A stretch of DNA of 64,000 nucleotides, taken from the UHGV virus genome UHGV-1366640, one strand, 5' to 3'. Under the pieces are notes generated by a model. The model searched no databases. It saw nothing but the letters and a program-made list of their open reading frames with translations, and was not told where the DNA came from. Within the stretch, counting starts at the first letter, position 1. Each line of letters opens with the position of its first letter. Below, piece after piece: positions 19,862-28,591 of the stretch. This DNA is from a virus. The position numbers and the translations under genes were made by a program.

Positions 19862-20413
19862 ATGGAAAATATCAATGAAAATAACAAGGAATTAGAAAAT
19901 GTTCAGCAAGAACCTGAAGTATTGAGTGAACTTGATATGAATTTGAAAATTCCAAGTTCAAAATTCCTTGCACAATACTTAGAAAATAACACATTAGAAT
20001 CAGACACATCTACACTGATTGACCGAACTCCAACAGATCTTAAGTCTTATCTTTCTCTTTATGCAAGAGGTCAACTCAAAAGAATTGAAAAATTGACAGA
20101 ATATCTTGACAAAATGGAAGATAAACTTCTTAATGATATGGAAAGATATGAAGACAAGGAGTTCTTAAGAGCTATTCAATTAATACAGCAATCACTGTCA
20201 AGTTCTGTTGAATTGGTTAAGATGATTGGTACAGATGACAATTATCTTAACATCTTTTATCAGGAAAATCATATCAATGGAAATACAGAAAATCCAGCAA
20301 CTCCACAAAATCCTGTTGCCAATATTCTGTCAAAAGACTCGAGAGAAAAACTTCGTCAGCTTCTTAATAAAATAAAGATACAAGAAAACCAAAACAAGGA
20401 GGACACTAAATGA
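19862..20413 (+). CDS. Hypothetical protein.
   Basis: Start ATG 19862 (MENINEN) after AGGGTGA. The ORF-track start at 19817 lies inside a hairpin. Confidence 0.45.
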   Translation: MENINENNKELENVQQEPEVLSELDMNLKIPSSKFLAQYLENNTLESDTSTLIDRTPTDLKSYLSLYARGQLKRIEKLTEYLDKMEDKLLNDMERYEDKEFLRAIQLIQQSLSSSVELVKMIGTDDNYLNIFYQENHINGNTENPATPQNPVANILSKDSREKLRQLLNKIKIQENQNKEDTK

Positions 20414-20604
20414 TATTCATTATTGAGCTAATCAATGGAAATTATACAGGTTATGAAATCTATGATATTTATGATTTTGATTCTCTCAAAGAGGGAAAGT
20501 CATATAAAAATATGATAATTTCAAATATCAAAATTCAAGAACATGATGAATATGAGACAATTGTTTGTATTCTTGAGCTTTCACCAGAAAAGGAGGAACA
20601 CTAA
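20410..20604 (+). CDS. Hypothetical small protein.
   Basis: ORF coupled to its neighbours. Confidence 0.3.
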   Translation: MIFIIELINGNYTGYEIYDIYDFDSLKEGKSYKNMIISNIKIQEHDEYETIVCILELSPEKEEH

Positions 20605-20606
20605 TA

Positions 20607-20981
20607 ATGATCAATCTTAATGATCTCGATAAAACAATCGACAATGTAACACCAATGAACAATAATTGTATTATTAGATCAGTGGCAGATTCTGTAGAAG
20701 ATTTTCAAAGAGGAAAATTGTTAAAAGTTATGAGAAATTCTGCAAATTCATTAAGAGAAACTGGTCTTGGAGAAATCATCAATCTTCCGAAAGAGACTTA
20801 TGTGAGTTGTGGTTCTGAAAGACTCTCAGTTGAATTGAAACTTGGAGATGTTATCTCATATGATCTTCATTCAAGATTGTCAGAATTTTTCTTTGATAAT
20901 AAAACATATTATCTAATCAGAATTCCAGATATTATTGGAATTATGGAAGGAGTTGATCTTAATGAAAAGTCAAAAAATTAA
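20607..20981 (+). CDS. Hypothetical protein.
   Basis: ORF. Confidence 0.4.
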   Translation: MINLNDLDKTIDNVTPMNNNCIIRSVADSVEDFQRGKLLKVMRNSANSLRETGLGEIINLPKETYVSCGSERLSVELKLGDVISYDLHSRLSEFFFDNKTYYLIRIPDIIGIMEGVDLNEKSKN

Positions 20982-21171
20982 ATTTGGAGCAACAGTGCTG
21001 TATGATGGTCAAAAATACAAATTTATTTGCTACAATGATGACGGATCTCTAATGGTTCAGAGATTTGGCACAACAATGAATTTACGACCAATTGCTGTTC
21101 CTGCTTCTGAGATTCGGATTTTCATGCCAGAAGGAAAATCATCATATAAAGGAGAAATATTAAATGGATAA
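20962..21171 (+). CDS. Hypothetical small protein.
   Basis: ATG 20962 after GGAAGGAG. Confidence 0.3.
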   Translation: MKSQKIKFGATVLYDGQKYKFICYNDDGSLMVQRFGTTMNLRPIAVPASEIRIFMPEGKSSYKGEILNG

Positions 21172-21757
21172 TAAAATCAGTGATCTTTTTATAGAAGAAC
21201 TTTCAGCTATTCATAATGAAAATGTACGAAATCTTGTAATTTATATTTTAGACAACAAAGTTCCAAAATATTTTACAGAAAAGACAGCTCTTAGTTCTTC
21301 AAGTAAGAAATTTCATCCTCTTAACAAGGATGGAGAACCTGAAAATCTTGTAGAACATACAAAATCTGTCTTCAGAGTCTTATATCATCTTGTAAATCAT
21401 CCCTTGATTGCACCAACCATTGAAGATGTCGATGAACTTCTTGCTTCTGCAATTTTACATGATTCTGCAAAATATGGAATTTCTGATAAAATTGAACAGG
21501 ATCATACATTATCAGGTCATCCCTTATTCATTAAAGCATATTGTGATGATATGATTTTGAATAATCCCATATGGACAGTTAGTTTTGATAAAATCTGTAG
21601 ATTTGTATCATCTCATCATGGTCCATGGAATCGGTGTAAAGAATTGGATTTGGAATTACCACCAATTGAAACAATGTCACAATTCTATCTTCATCTTGCA
21701 GATTTTATTGCATCAAGGACTGATATACGAGTTGATTATGACGAAAAGTTGATATGA
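21164..21757 (+). CDS. HD-domain phosphohydrolase.
   Basis: HD signature SAILHDSAKYG, with SSHHGPW downstream. Confidence 0.55.
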   Translation: MDNKISDLFIEELSAIHNENVRNLVIYILDNKVPKYFTEKTALSSSSKKFHPLNKDGEPENLVEHTKSVFRVLYHLVNHPLIAPTIEDVDELLASAILHDSAKYGISDKIEQDHTLSGHPLFIKAYCDDMILNNPIWTVSFDKICRFVSSHHGPWNRCKELDLELPPIETMSQFYLHLADFIASRTDIRVDYDEKLI

Positions 21758-22050
21758 GATTAATGTTTTACTTCAAAATTTATCGAGGAAAACTCACTTA
21801 TAAGAAAAACAAAGAAATTCAAAGATTGAAAAGAATCATTATTCTATCAAGATATTATAATTTTACATTTTTAGAAAAAATTAGACTTATCTTTCATAGA
21901 TCTAAAATAGTGATCAAACCAAAAGATTCTCTTGAATACATGGTTGCTGCATTTACGCTTGGAAATCTGCAAACACTGTATTTCAAGACAGGGAAAGAAT
22001 TAAAGCTGCATTCACAAAATTTACAAATCATTGAGGAGAATAATTTATAA
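21754..22050 (+). CDS. Hypothetical protein.
   Basis: ORF. Confidence 0.3.
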   Translation: MRLMFYFKIYRGKLTYKKNKEIQRLKRIIILSRYYNFTFLEKIRLIFHRSKIVIKPKDSLEYMVAAFTLGNLQTLYFKTGKELKLHSQNLQIIEENNL

Positions 22051-22673
22051 TGGCAAAAAATAATTCAATAACACTTTATGGAAAAGTCACAACTGAACCA
22101 ACTTACAGATCTACTGATAAAAATGGGTCTGACCTCTACACATTTCTTATTACAACAGAAAATAAAACAATCAAAAGTGGGACTGTCAAAGTTGTAGGAG
22201 AAAGTGTTCTCTGCTGTGTGTATGAGAAGACAAATGAATTTAATGTTAAAAATGGAGATCTTGTTAAAATCACAGGAACTGTTCTTCAAGATCACATTGA
22301 TAATTATTCCAGTCTGTGTGCATTTGTTGAAGATATTGATTTCGTTAAAAACATCAAACTTGAAGATATCAACACACTTCAAGTACTTGGAACAATATAC
22401 AAAAATCCTCCGCTTCTTAGAGAGCTTAAGAATGGTTCAGAAAGAGTGACATTCTTAATTGAAAATAAAATTTCACCTGAGGATAAATTTTCGATGAAGT
22501 TATACACTCTTGCTTGGAATAATCTTGCTCATAAGATACAGGAACTCAATTTTGAAGTAGGAGATACAGTTGCAATTGAAGGAACTCTTATTTCACACAA
22601 AGTTACTGATCCCAACACAGGAAATTCTTACAATCTTGGAGAAATTCTTGCAAGACGAGTTGAAAGAGCGTAA
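22050..22673 (+). CDS. Putative single-stranded DNA-binding protein with tandem OB folds.
   Basis: SSB-like N-terminus NSITLYGKVTTEPTYRSTDKNGSDLYTFLITTEN, and a second similar OB-like half. Confidence 0.4.
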   Translation: MAKNNSITLYGKVTTEPTYRSTDKNGSDLYTFLITTENKTIKSGTVKVVGESVLCCVYEKTNEFNVKNGDLVKITGTVLQDHIDNYSSLCAFVEDIDFVKNIKLEDINTLQVLGTIYKNPPLLRELKNGSERVTFLIENKISPEDKFSMKLYTLAWNNLAHKIQELNFEVGDTVAIEGTLISHKVTDPNTGNSYNLGEILARRVERA

Positions 22674-22685
22674 GGAGAATACAGT

Positions 22686-23585
22686 ATGAGAGATCAAACT
22701 TTAGGAGATGAAATTCTCAATGAGATTGATCATCTTACACCCGAAGAATTAAAATATTTGAAATCAGCGATTTCAGATGAAGACAAAATGAATAATCTAT
22801 GGTATTCAGATTACGAAGAAATTCCGGTTGACATAGAAACCTTTATGACAGAACCAGAATATCTTGGAAAATCTCTAATCAATGATGAAGGAAAAAATCT
22901 TATCTATCCATTTTGGCATAAGGAACTTCAAAAAGTATGGGCGCCAAACTCTGGAATTTGGGAGCTTGCACTCTCAGGATCAATTGGATCAGGTAAGTCT
23001 ACGCAAGCTGTTATCTGTATGGCTTATATATTATACAGGCTTCTATGCCTACGAGATCCTACGAAATACTATAATTTAACAAAAGGATCCAAGATAGCAA
23101 TTGCTTTCTTCAATCTAAATTTAGATCAAGCTTATGGTGTTGGTTGGACAAAACTTCAAGGATATCTTAAAAATTCTCCATGGTTTTTAAGGCATGGATC
23201 TCTTGTCGGAAGAGGAGATAATCTAACATATTATCCTGGAAAAGATATTAATATTGTAGTTGGCTCTCAACTCTCACATTTCATCGGACTGGATATTTTC
23301 TGTTTGACAGGAGACACAGTCATAGAAACAGAAAACGGCTGTGCTACAATTGAATCCTTGCAAGATCATTCAGTAAGAGTTTTGAACTCAAATGGAGAAT
23401 TGTCAAATCAGCCAGTTTATTCTTGTCTTATGGGATTTACAAAAGATCTTATAGAAATTCAATTAGAAGATGATACAATTATAAGATGTACGCCAAATCA
23501 CAAATTTCTGTTAAAAGACGGATCTTGGAAGCAGGCAATGGATTTTACAGAAGATGATGAATTAATGGAGATCTCTAAAATTTAA
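22686..23585 (+). CDS. terL: Terminase large subunit N-terminal fragment (N-extein, 205 aa, with Walker A) fused to the N-half of a split intein (IntN, 94 aa).
   Basis: Walker A is LSGSIGSGKST. At codon 206 the sequence switches to intein block A, CLTGDTVIETENG, and later block B, RCTPNHKFLL. The ORF stops about 27 aa after block B. Confidence 0.7.
   Translation: MRDQTLGDEILNEIDHLTPEELKYLKSAISDEDKMNNLWYSDYEEIPVDIETFMTEPEYLGKSLINDEGKNLIYPFWHKELQKVWAPNSGIWELALSGSIGSGKSTQAVICMAYILYRLLCLRDPTKYYNLTKGSKIAIAFFNLNLDQAYGVGWTKLQGYLKNSPWFLRHGSLVGRGDNLTYYPGKDINIVVGSQLSHFIGLDIFCLTGDTVIETENGCATIESLQDHSVRVLNSNGELSNQPVYSCLMGFTKDLIEIQLEDDTIIRCTPNHKFLLKDGSWKQAMDFTEDDELMEISKI
23301..23582 (+). mobile_element. 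Split intein, N-terminal half (IntN, 94 aa), inside the terminase N-fragment.
   Basis: Hint-domain blocks A (CLTGDTVIET) and B (TPNH). Confidence 0.65.
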
Positions 23586-23714
23586 GAGTTATTTGATTGA
23601 ATAGACATCTTCTTTATCTATGGAATAATGAAAATAACTCAGGCAAAGAAGTGGATGAAGATCTTAAAATGCCAGACTATACTAAACTAAAATAATGTGA
23701 TTTTCCTTAAAATT

Positions 23715-23749
23715 TTAGAGTTTTTCTTAAGGTGTAACCGTTTATACTT
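23715..23749 (+). promoter_or_regulatory. Bipartite phage promoter, copy 8 (TTAGAGTT, a 16-nt spacer, then CGTTTATA), upstream of the tRNA pair.
   Basis: Motif family. Confidence 0.45.
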
Positions 23750-23840
23750 ATGTGAAAAGTTAAAATCCCTCTTTTCACGGGAAACCACCTTCTTTTTAAA
23801 TGGAGAACAGTTTTCTTGACTTTCTGTTCTCCGCTCTTTT

Positions 23841-23914
23841 CAGGGTGTGGCTCAATTTGGTAGAGCACAGCATTTGGGATGCTGGGGTTGTGGGTTCAAA
23901 TCCCATCACTCTGA
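23841..23914 (+). tRNA. tRNA-Pro (anticodon TGG).
   Basis: Cloverleaf folded by hand. Acceptor stem CAGGGTG/CACTCTG, D stem GCTC/GAGC, anticodon stem CAGCA/TGCTG with loop TTTGGGA, T arm GTGGG-TTCAAAT-CCCAT. CCA is not encoded. Confidence 0.75.
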
Positions 23915-23921
23915 TTTTCAT

Positions 23922-23994
23922 AGGGATGTAGCCAAGCGGTGAAGGCACAGGACTTTGACTCCTGCACTCGCAAGTTCAAATCTTGCCATCCCTG
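23922..23994 (+). tRNA. tRNA-Gln (anticodon TTG).
   Basis: Acceptor stem AGGGATG/CATCCCT, anticodon stem CAGGA/TCCTG with loop CTTTGAC, T arm GCAAG-TTCAAAT-CTTGC. Confidence 0.75.
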
Positions 23995-24026
23995 TTAAAT
24001 TTTATTATGAGGAGAATGATCAATTC

Positions 24027-24341
24027 ATGGGAACAGAAATTGATACTAAAAGATTGCTAAAGACTTTCTTGGAGAATATACCATTTCCAACAAGAAAGAA
24101 AATTGCTCCATATTGTCATCTTGAAATTTTTGATGAAGATGATTTATATTTCTATTTCAAAATTTATATAGATGAAACAATTCCCACATTCACAAAATAT
24201 ATGGAAAAATCACTTCTTACAGCAATGTCTCTTTCAAAATTTTGGGTAGATTCAATTGAATATGATAAGAAAAATATGAAAGAATTTACAATATCAATTG
24301 AATCAAGAATAAAGAAGCAGGATGATGTGAATGAAGATTAA
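24027..24341 (+). CDS. Hypothetical protein (105 aa) encoded between the two intein halves.
   Basis: ATG 24027 (MGTEIDT) after GAGGAGAA. The ORF-track start at 23955 would overlap tRNA-Gln. It overlaps the IntC ORF start by 11 nt. Confidence 0.45.
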   Translation: MGTEIDTKRLLKTFLENIPFPTRKKIAPYCHLEIFDEDDLYFYFKIYIDETIPTFTKYMEKSLLTAMSLSKFWVDSIEYDKKNMKEFTISIESRIKKQDDVNED

Positions 24342-24456
24342 ATCTATTAAAAGAATTTCTTTAGAAAAACCTGTTCCTGTATATGACATTATTGATTCAC
24401 TACCAACTCATGATTTTCAAATAAGAACACACTCCTCAAATATTGTCTCCCATAAT
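24331..24456 (+). mobile_element. Split intein, C-terminal half (IntC, 42 aa).
   Basis: Block F/G motifs, with terminal HN followed by Cys. Confidence 0.65.
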
Positions 24457-25725
24457 TGTGCAATGCTCGATGAAGTTGATTATGCAAAAGGGTCTTCAAT
24501 TGATGATCAATCAAAAATGATGAAAATGTATTCAACAATCAAAAGGCGCATGGAGTCAAGATATATGAAGATGGGCACAATTCCTGGGATGTTGATACTT
24601 GTCTCTTCAAAGAATACAGAAGATAACTTTCTTGAACAGTATATCAACGAAAATCGTGGAAAAGAATATCTTTATATTGTAGATGAACCTCTTTGGAAAG
24701 TCAAATCAGGATTAGGACTATATTCCGGCAAGACCTTCAAACTTGCTGTTGGAAATAAATATCGTCCATCTCACATTCTTTCTCCAGATGAAGATCCAAA
24801 TATTTACGAATCACAAGGGCAAAATGTTATCGATGTTCCAATTGAACATAAAGAAGCTTTTGAACAATCAATGAATCAAGCTCTTACTGATATCGCTGGT
24901 ATTGCAATTAGCAGTCATAGTAAATATTTATCTTACAATAAGATTTCTAAAATTTATAGATCTTATCTCAGAAATCCATTCTCTTCAGAAATCATTGAAC
25001 TTGGTTTTGATGATAATTCTTCTTTACTCGACTTCTTTGATGAAAAACGATTTCCAAAACTCAACAAAGAAAAACCTCATTTTATTCATTGGGATGCATC
25101 TGTTACAGGCGACTGTACTGGTCTTGCAATGACAACAATTCTTTCAAATAAGAAAGTCAAGAGAATTTCAAAATCTACAGGTTTTATTGTAGAGACAGAT
25201 GATATTGTACACAAAATCGTCTTTGGAATAAAAATAAGAGCAAAAACAGGAGAAGAAATTCCATTCTATAAGATAAGAAATTTCATCTATTATCTTAGAG
25301 ATAAATTGGGATTGAACATTTCAATTGTATCACAAGATAGTTTTCAATCAGTTGACTCGTTGCAACAGATGAAATTGAGTGGATTCAATACAGAACTTCT
25401 TTCTGTAGACCGAAAAAGAGATCCATATGAGACATTGAAAAACGCAATAAATGAAGAACGAGTCATTAGTCCAAAAATCAATGAACTCGAAAGAGAATTT
25501 CTTTGTCTGGAAGATGATAGAAAACGAAATAAGATTGATCATTTTGGTAAAGATTCATCAAAAGATTTAGCTGACTGTATAGCAGCTTGTATCTATCATG
25601 CTGCTACTTCAATTTCTCAGGAATTAGAAGCTCGTCAAAAATCAAAAATGCTTGAAACAACTATTGATATCAATACTCATCCTTCGGATATTGATTCGGA
25701 TCTTAACATTAACAACTGGAGATGA
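24331..25725 (+). CDS. terL: C-half of the split intein (IntC, 42 aa) fused to the terminase large subunit C-terminal fragment (C-extein, 423 aa, Walker B plus nuclease).
   Basis: Intein blocks F and G are VYDIIDSLPTHDFQIRTHSSNIVSHN, followed by +1 Cys and Walker B (CAMLDEVDY). The terminase nuclease-domain motif is FIHWDASVTGD. Confidence 0.7.
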   Translation: MKIKSIKRISLEKPVPVYDIIDSLPTHDFQIRTHSSNIVSHNCAMLDEVDYAKGSSIDDQSKMMKMYSTIKRRMESRYMKMGTIPGMLILVSSKNTEDNFLEQYINENRGKEYLYIVDEPLWKVKSGLGLYSGKTFKLAVGNKYRPSHILSPDEDPNIYESQGQNVIDVPIEHKEAFEQSMNQALTDIAGIAISSHSKYLSYNKISKIYRSYLRNPFSSEIIELGFDDNSSLLDFFDEKRFPKLNKEKPHFIHWDASVTGDCTGLAMTTILSNKKVKRISKSTGFIVETDDIVHKIVFGIKIRAKTGEEIPFYKIRNFIYYLRDKLGLNISIVSQDSFQSVDSLQQMKLSGFNTELLSVDRKRDPYETLKNAINEERVISPKINELEREFLCLEDDRKRNKIDHFGKDSSKDLADCIAACIYHAATSISQELEARQKSKMLETTIDINTHPSDIDSDLNINNWR

Positions 25726-25729
25726 TGAT

Positions 25730-25993
25730 ATGAGAATAAATTGTATTGTTGGAAAATTCAAACAGAAAGGTGACAAATTTCAGACAAATCACCTGATTTC
25801 AATTCCGAATAATGTAGATATTAAAAAGAATGATCATGTGACTCTTACAGTAAAAGGATCACAGGAGAATATCTGTATCAAGGCTGTTACTCAAAACTTT
25901 CTTCTCGATTGTGAAGAGAAGCCAGCAGAACTTATTGAAACAATGTATTGTATATCTCAGATAGGAGGATATGAAGATGATAAAAATTTGTGA
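25730..25993 (+). CDS. Hypothetical protein.
   Basis: ATG 25730 (MRINC), 7 nt after GGAGA. Confidence 0.4.
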   Translation: MRINCIVGKFKQKGDKFQTNHLISIPNNVDIKKNDHVTLTVKGSQENICIKAVTQNFLLDCEEKPAELIETMYCISQIGGYEDDKNL

Positions 25994-26207
25994 AGAGCAA
26001 TTGGAAAATCCGGGAATACTTGAAGTTCCGGAAAATAAATCTATTGATCAACTTCCTGTTTCTCATTTCAAAAAGTTGATTGATAAAAATGGAAGAAAAG
26101 AAGTCATTACAGCATTAACAAATCTTGAAAGATGGAATAAGAATCAAAATCCAAAATTATCAAAATGGGCTACAAAAATGAAATCTCAATTAAAAGATTA
26201 TGAATAG
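25971..26207 (+). CDS. Hypothetical protein.
   Basis: ORF. Confidence 0.35.
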   Translation: MKMIKICEEQLENPGILEVPENKSIDQLPVSHFKKLIDKNGRKEVITALTNLERWNKNQNPKLSKWATKMKSQLKDYE

Positions 26208-26242
26208 AATTAAGTGAATAATAGTAAATTTAGATGGCGCTC

Positions 26243-26277
26243 AAAGAGTTATTTGAGTGCCATTAGCGTTTATACTT
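26243..26277 (+). promoter_or_regulatory. Bipartite phage promoter, copy 9. AAAGAGTT, a 16-nt spacer, then CGTTTATA.
   Basis: Motif family. Confidence 0.45.
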
Positions 26278-26493
26278 ATGTAAGAAAGTTATTGAAGGGA
26301 GTGATGTCTGTTGATAAAATAAGAATTCAGGTCTAACAAACCAATATTATGAAAGGAGAATTTACGATTTAGCACTTGAAGAGCTTTTAAGATATCAAGG
26401 CTCAATACGAAATTCTAAGAACAAAATTATTTTGAAGGGATCTACACTATGAAACAATTATCAAAAATTGAATTTAACAAATTATAGAAAAAT

Positions 26494-26844
26494 ATGATAG
26501 AGACTTATGATTTCAAAATCACTGATGAGTGTGATAATGATCTAAAACCGTATTTCATTAGGAATACAGAAGATCAAAATGAATATCATGACATCTATGT
26601 TGAAGATATTGATCCTTACGATCTCAAAAAGCTCTTAGAATTCATTTCTGAAATTTATAAGATACCATCCTTCACTCTGAAATATTGTGAAATACAGGAC
26701 GACAGTATTTCTTCTGAATATGGAGATGTGTATCTCTTGTTAGACCAAAAGAAGTTAAGACAATACGCAGAAGCTCTTGAAGATCTCGAAATCTATAGAG
26801 ACATGTCTATTGACGAAATACTTTGTACTGAAGTCTCTTTATGA
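26494..26844 (+). CDS. Hypothetical acidic protein.
   Basis: ORF. Confidence 0.4.
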   Translation: MIETYDFKITDECDNDLKPYFIRNTEDQNEYHDIYVEDIDPYDLKKLLEFISEIYKIPSFTLKYCEIQDDSISSEYGDVYLLLDQKKLRQYAEALEDLEIYRDMSIDEILCTEVSL

Positions 26845-26853
26845 AATGAAAGG

Positions 26854-27324
26854 ATGAATTTTAATATGAAAAAGAAAATAATAACAATTATAACACTGAT
26901 TTTACTGATTACATCTATCACAACAAGTGTATTCGCAGAAACAAACGAAGAATGTTTAGCCAAACTCCTTTGGGGTGAAGCAAGAGGAATCCCCTCAATG
27001 ACTGAAAAAGCTGCTGTTGTTTGGGTTGTTATGAATCGAGTTGATGATCCAAGATTCCCCGGAAATATTCAGGCAGTCGTAAAAGCACCGAATCAATTCG
27101 TTGGCTACAATTATTACAATCCTGTTGATCCTACTCTTGCAATGATAGCAAGAGATGTAATGTGGAGATGGACTATTGAAAAACAGGGAAGAACAGATTC
27201 AGGGAGAGTTATACCAAGAAATTTCTATTACTTCACAGGAAGTGGTGGTAAAAACTGGTTCAGACAAGAATATTGGTCATCTTGGTATTGGAACTGGACT
27301 CTCAAAACACCTTATGCAAGTTAG
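26854..27324 (+). CDS. Secreted cell-wall hydrolase of the SleB family.
   Basis: Signal peptide MNFNMKKKIITIITLILLITSITTSVFA. SleB/Hydrolase_2 core WGEARGIPSMTEKAAVVWVVMNRVDDPRFPGNIQAVVKAPNQFVG. Confidence 0.65.
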   Translation: MNFNMKKKIITIITLILLITSITTSVFAETNEECLAKLLWGEARGIPSMTEKAAVVWVVMNRVDDPRFPGNIQAVVKAPNQFVGYNYYNPVDPTLAMIARDVMWRWTIEKQGRTDSGRVIPRNFYYFTGSGGKNWFRQEYWSSWYWNWTLKTPYAS

Positions 27325-27336
27325 GAGATAATTGAA

Positions 27337-28086
27337 ATGACATTTGAAGATAGAGAATCCTTATACAAGAAAAATGAAGGACTTGTATATCACATATATA
27401 AGAAACATTTTCAACACAGAGATTATGGGCGAGTGCTTACCCCAGAAGATGTTATTCAAGTAGGAAAACTCGGGTTATGGGTCAGCTGTAAATTCTTTGA
27501 TCCAAATGTTGCAAAATTTTCTACATACGCATATCCAACAATCTACGGATATATGAATAAAGCTTTCAGAAGTTCAAGAGACTTCAAATTGCCAAGATGG
27601 CACCATGATGTTTTTGTTCTACTTAATCGTTATCCTGAAGCTGAGAATTTTTCAGATGAAGAACTCTCAAAAATAACCTCTCTCACAAAAGAACAGATTG
27701 AAGAAGCTCTCAGTTACAAGGATGGAATACGATTTGAAGACAAATTTACAGTAGAAAAATCTCACGATGAAATTGAATCAATCCTTGATGTACTTGATAA
27801 ACAATCTCTCTCGGAAAACAACGAAAATGAGTTTTCCCAGATGAGCAAGAAATTCATAATTGATTCAATATTTTTAAACATTCTTACTGTAAATAAAGAT
27901 ACAAAATATTACAAAGTACTCAATCTCTTTCTTCGAAATGTCTTATACAATCTTGGATTATCTCAAGAAGATATCGGTAAAATGAGTGGATGTTCTCAAC
28001 CTCAAACTTGCAGATATATCAAACGAGGAAAAGATGCCCTCAAAGAACATGAAACAGAAGTCAGAGAACTTTTGTTAAATTATTAA
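27337..28086 (+). CDS. Phage-encoded sigma-70-family sigma factor.
   Basis: Region 2 is EGLVYHIYKKH...VIQVGKLGLWVSCKFFDPNVAKFSTYAYPTIYGYM. The region 4 helix-turn-helix is LGLSQEDIGKMSGCSQPQTCRYIKRGKDALKEH. Confidence 0.7.
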   Translation: MTFEDRESLYKKNEGLVYHIYKKHFQHRDYGRVLTPEDVIQVGKLGLWVSCKFFDPNVAKFSTYAYPTIYGYMNKAFRSSRDFKLPRWHHDVFVLLNRYPEAENFSDEELSKITSLTKEQIEEALSYKDGIRFEDKFTVEKSHDEIESILDVLDKQSLSENNENEFSQMSKKFIIDSIFLNILTVNKDTKYYKVLNLFLRNVLYNLGLSQEDIGKMSGCSQPQTCRYIKRGKDALKEHETEVRELLLNY

Positions 28087-28128
28087 TCAAATTTCATATC
28101 TACTAAACACTCTTCAGATCACAAACTT

Positions 28129-28163
28129 GAGGAGTGTTTTCTTTTTATACAGCGTTTATATTT
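28129..28163 (+). promoter_or_regulatory. Bipartite phage promoter, copy 10, with a variant box 1. GAGGAGTG, a 16-nt spacer, then CGTTTATA.
   Basis: Motif family. Confidence 0.4.
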
Positions 28164-28210
28164 TTGTAAAACTTGTCAAAATCTTAAAAATTGACGAAAC
28201 GCTCAGAAGC

Positions 28211-28352
28211 TCTCTAATTAAACGAAAACTCGTTAGGGGTATACGGTTACTATATAGGTCAAGTTTCTTTAATACAGAGCCGTTCAAGCGTCTTAGAAAC
28301 GGTTCTGTGAGTTCACTAACTTTTAATTATTCGTAGAAAGGAGGAAAATCAC
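28211..28352 (+). repeat. Conserved leader element, copy A. A degenerate terminator-family hairpin followed by AAGTTTCTTTAATACAGAG...CTTAGAAACGGTT...AAGGAGGAAAATCACATG.
   Basis: A near-identical roughly 130-nt block recurs at 28592-28723 ahead of the next gene. Confidence 0.5.
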
Positions 28353-28544
28353 ATGATTCCAACTGAAAAATCAGTCCTTAGTATTTGGCACAATTTTGAC
28401 AGAGGAAATATGTTTGTACATGACTTCGATTACATCATCTTTGCCACCTCATTAGACGATGCAATTGAAGCAACAGATCGTTTATATACAAAAGAACACG
28501 GATCTTCAATGGGAATGCGAGGATTATTTCAAAGAATTGATTGA
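28353..28544 (+). CDS. Hypothetical small protein.
   Basis: ATG after AGGAGG, with the conserved leader upstream. Confidence 0.4.
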   Translation: MIPTEKSVLSIWHNFDRGNMFVHDFDYIIFATSLDDAIEATDRLYTKEHGSSMGMRGLFQRID

Positions 28545-28560
28545 TCAATTTTTATCAAAA

Positions 28561-28590
28561 AGCTCTCAGAAGCTCTCAGAAGCTCTCAGA
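28561..28590 (+). repeat. Perfect tandem repeat, 3 copies of AGCTCTCAGA.
   Basis: Read directly. The unit overlaps the CTCAGAAGC motif of the terminator family. Confidence 0.8.
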
Positions 28591-28591
28591 T

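Noticed and set aside
23841-23994. tRNA pair considered as a prophage attachment (att) site or integration scar.
   Set aside because: No integrase, recombinase or direct repeats flank it. The tRNAs are full-length and sit under a phage-type promoter, so they are phage-encoded tRNAs.
23955-24026. ORF-track start for the 128-aa ORF at 23955.
   Set aside because: That start lies inside tRNA-Gln. An ATG with a good RBS (GAGGAGAA) at 24027 gives a 105-aa product that does not overlap the tRNA.
28561-28590. Three perfect tandem copies of AGCTCTCAGA, considered as a possible CRISPR array.
   Set aside because: The unit is 10 nt with no spacers, and there are no cas genes. It is a simple tandem repeat overlapping the terminator-family motif.
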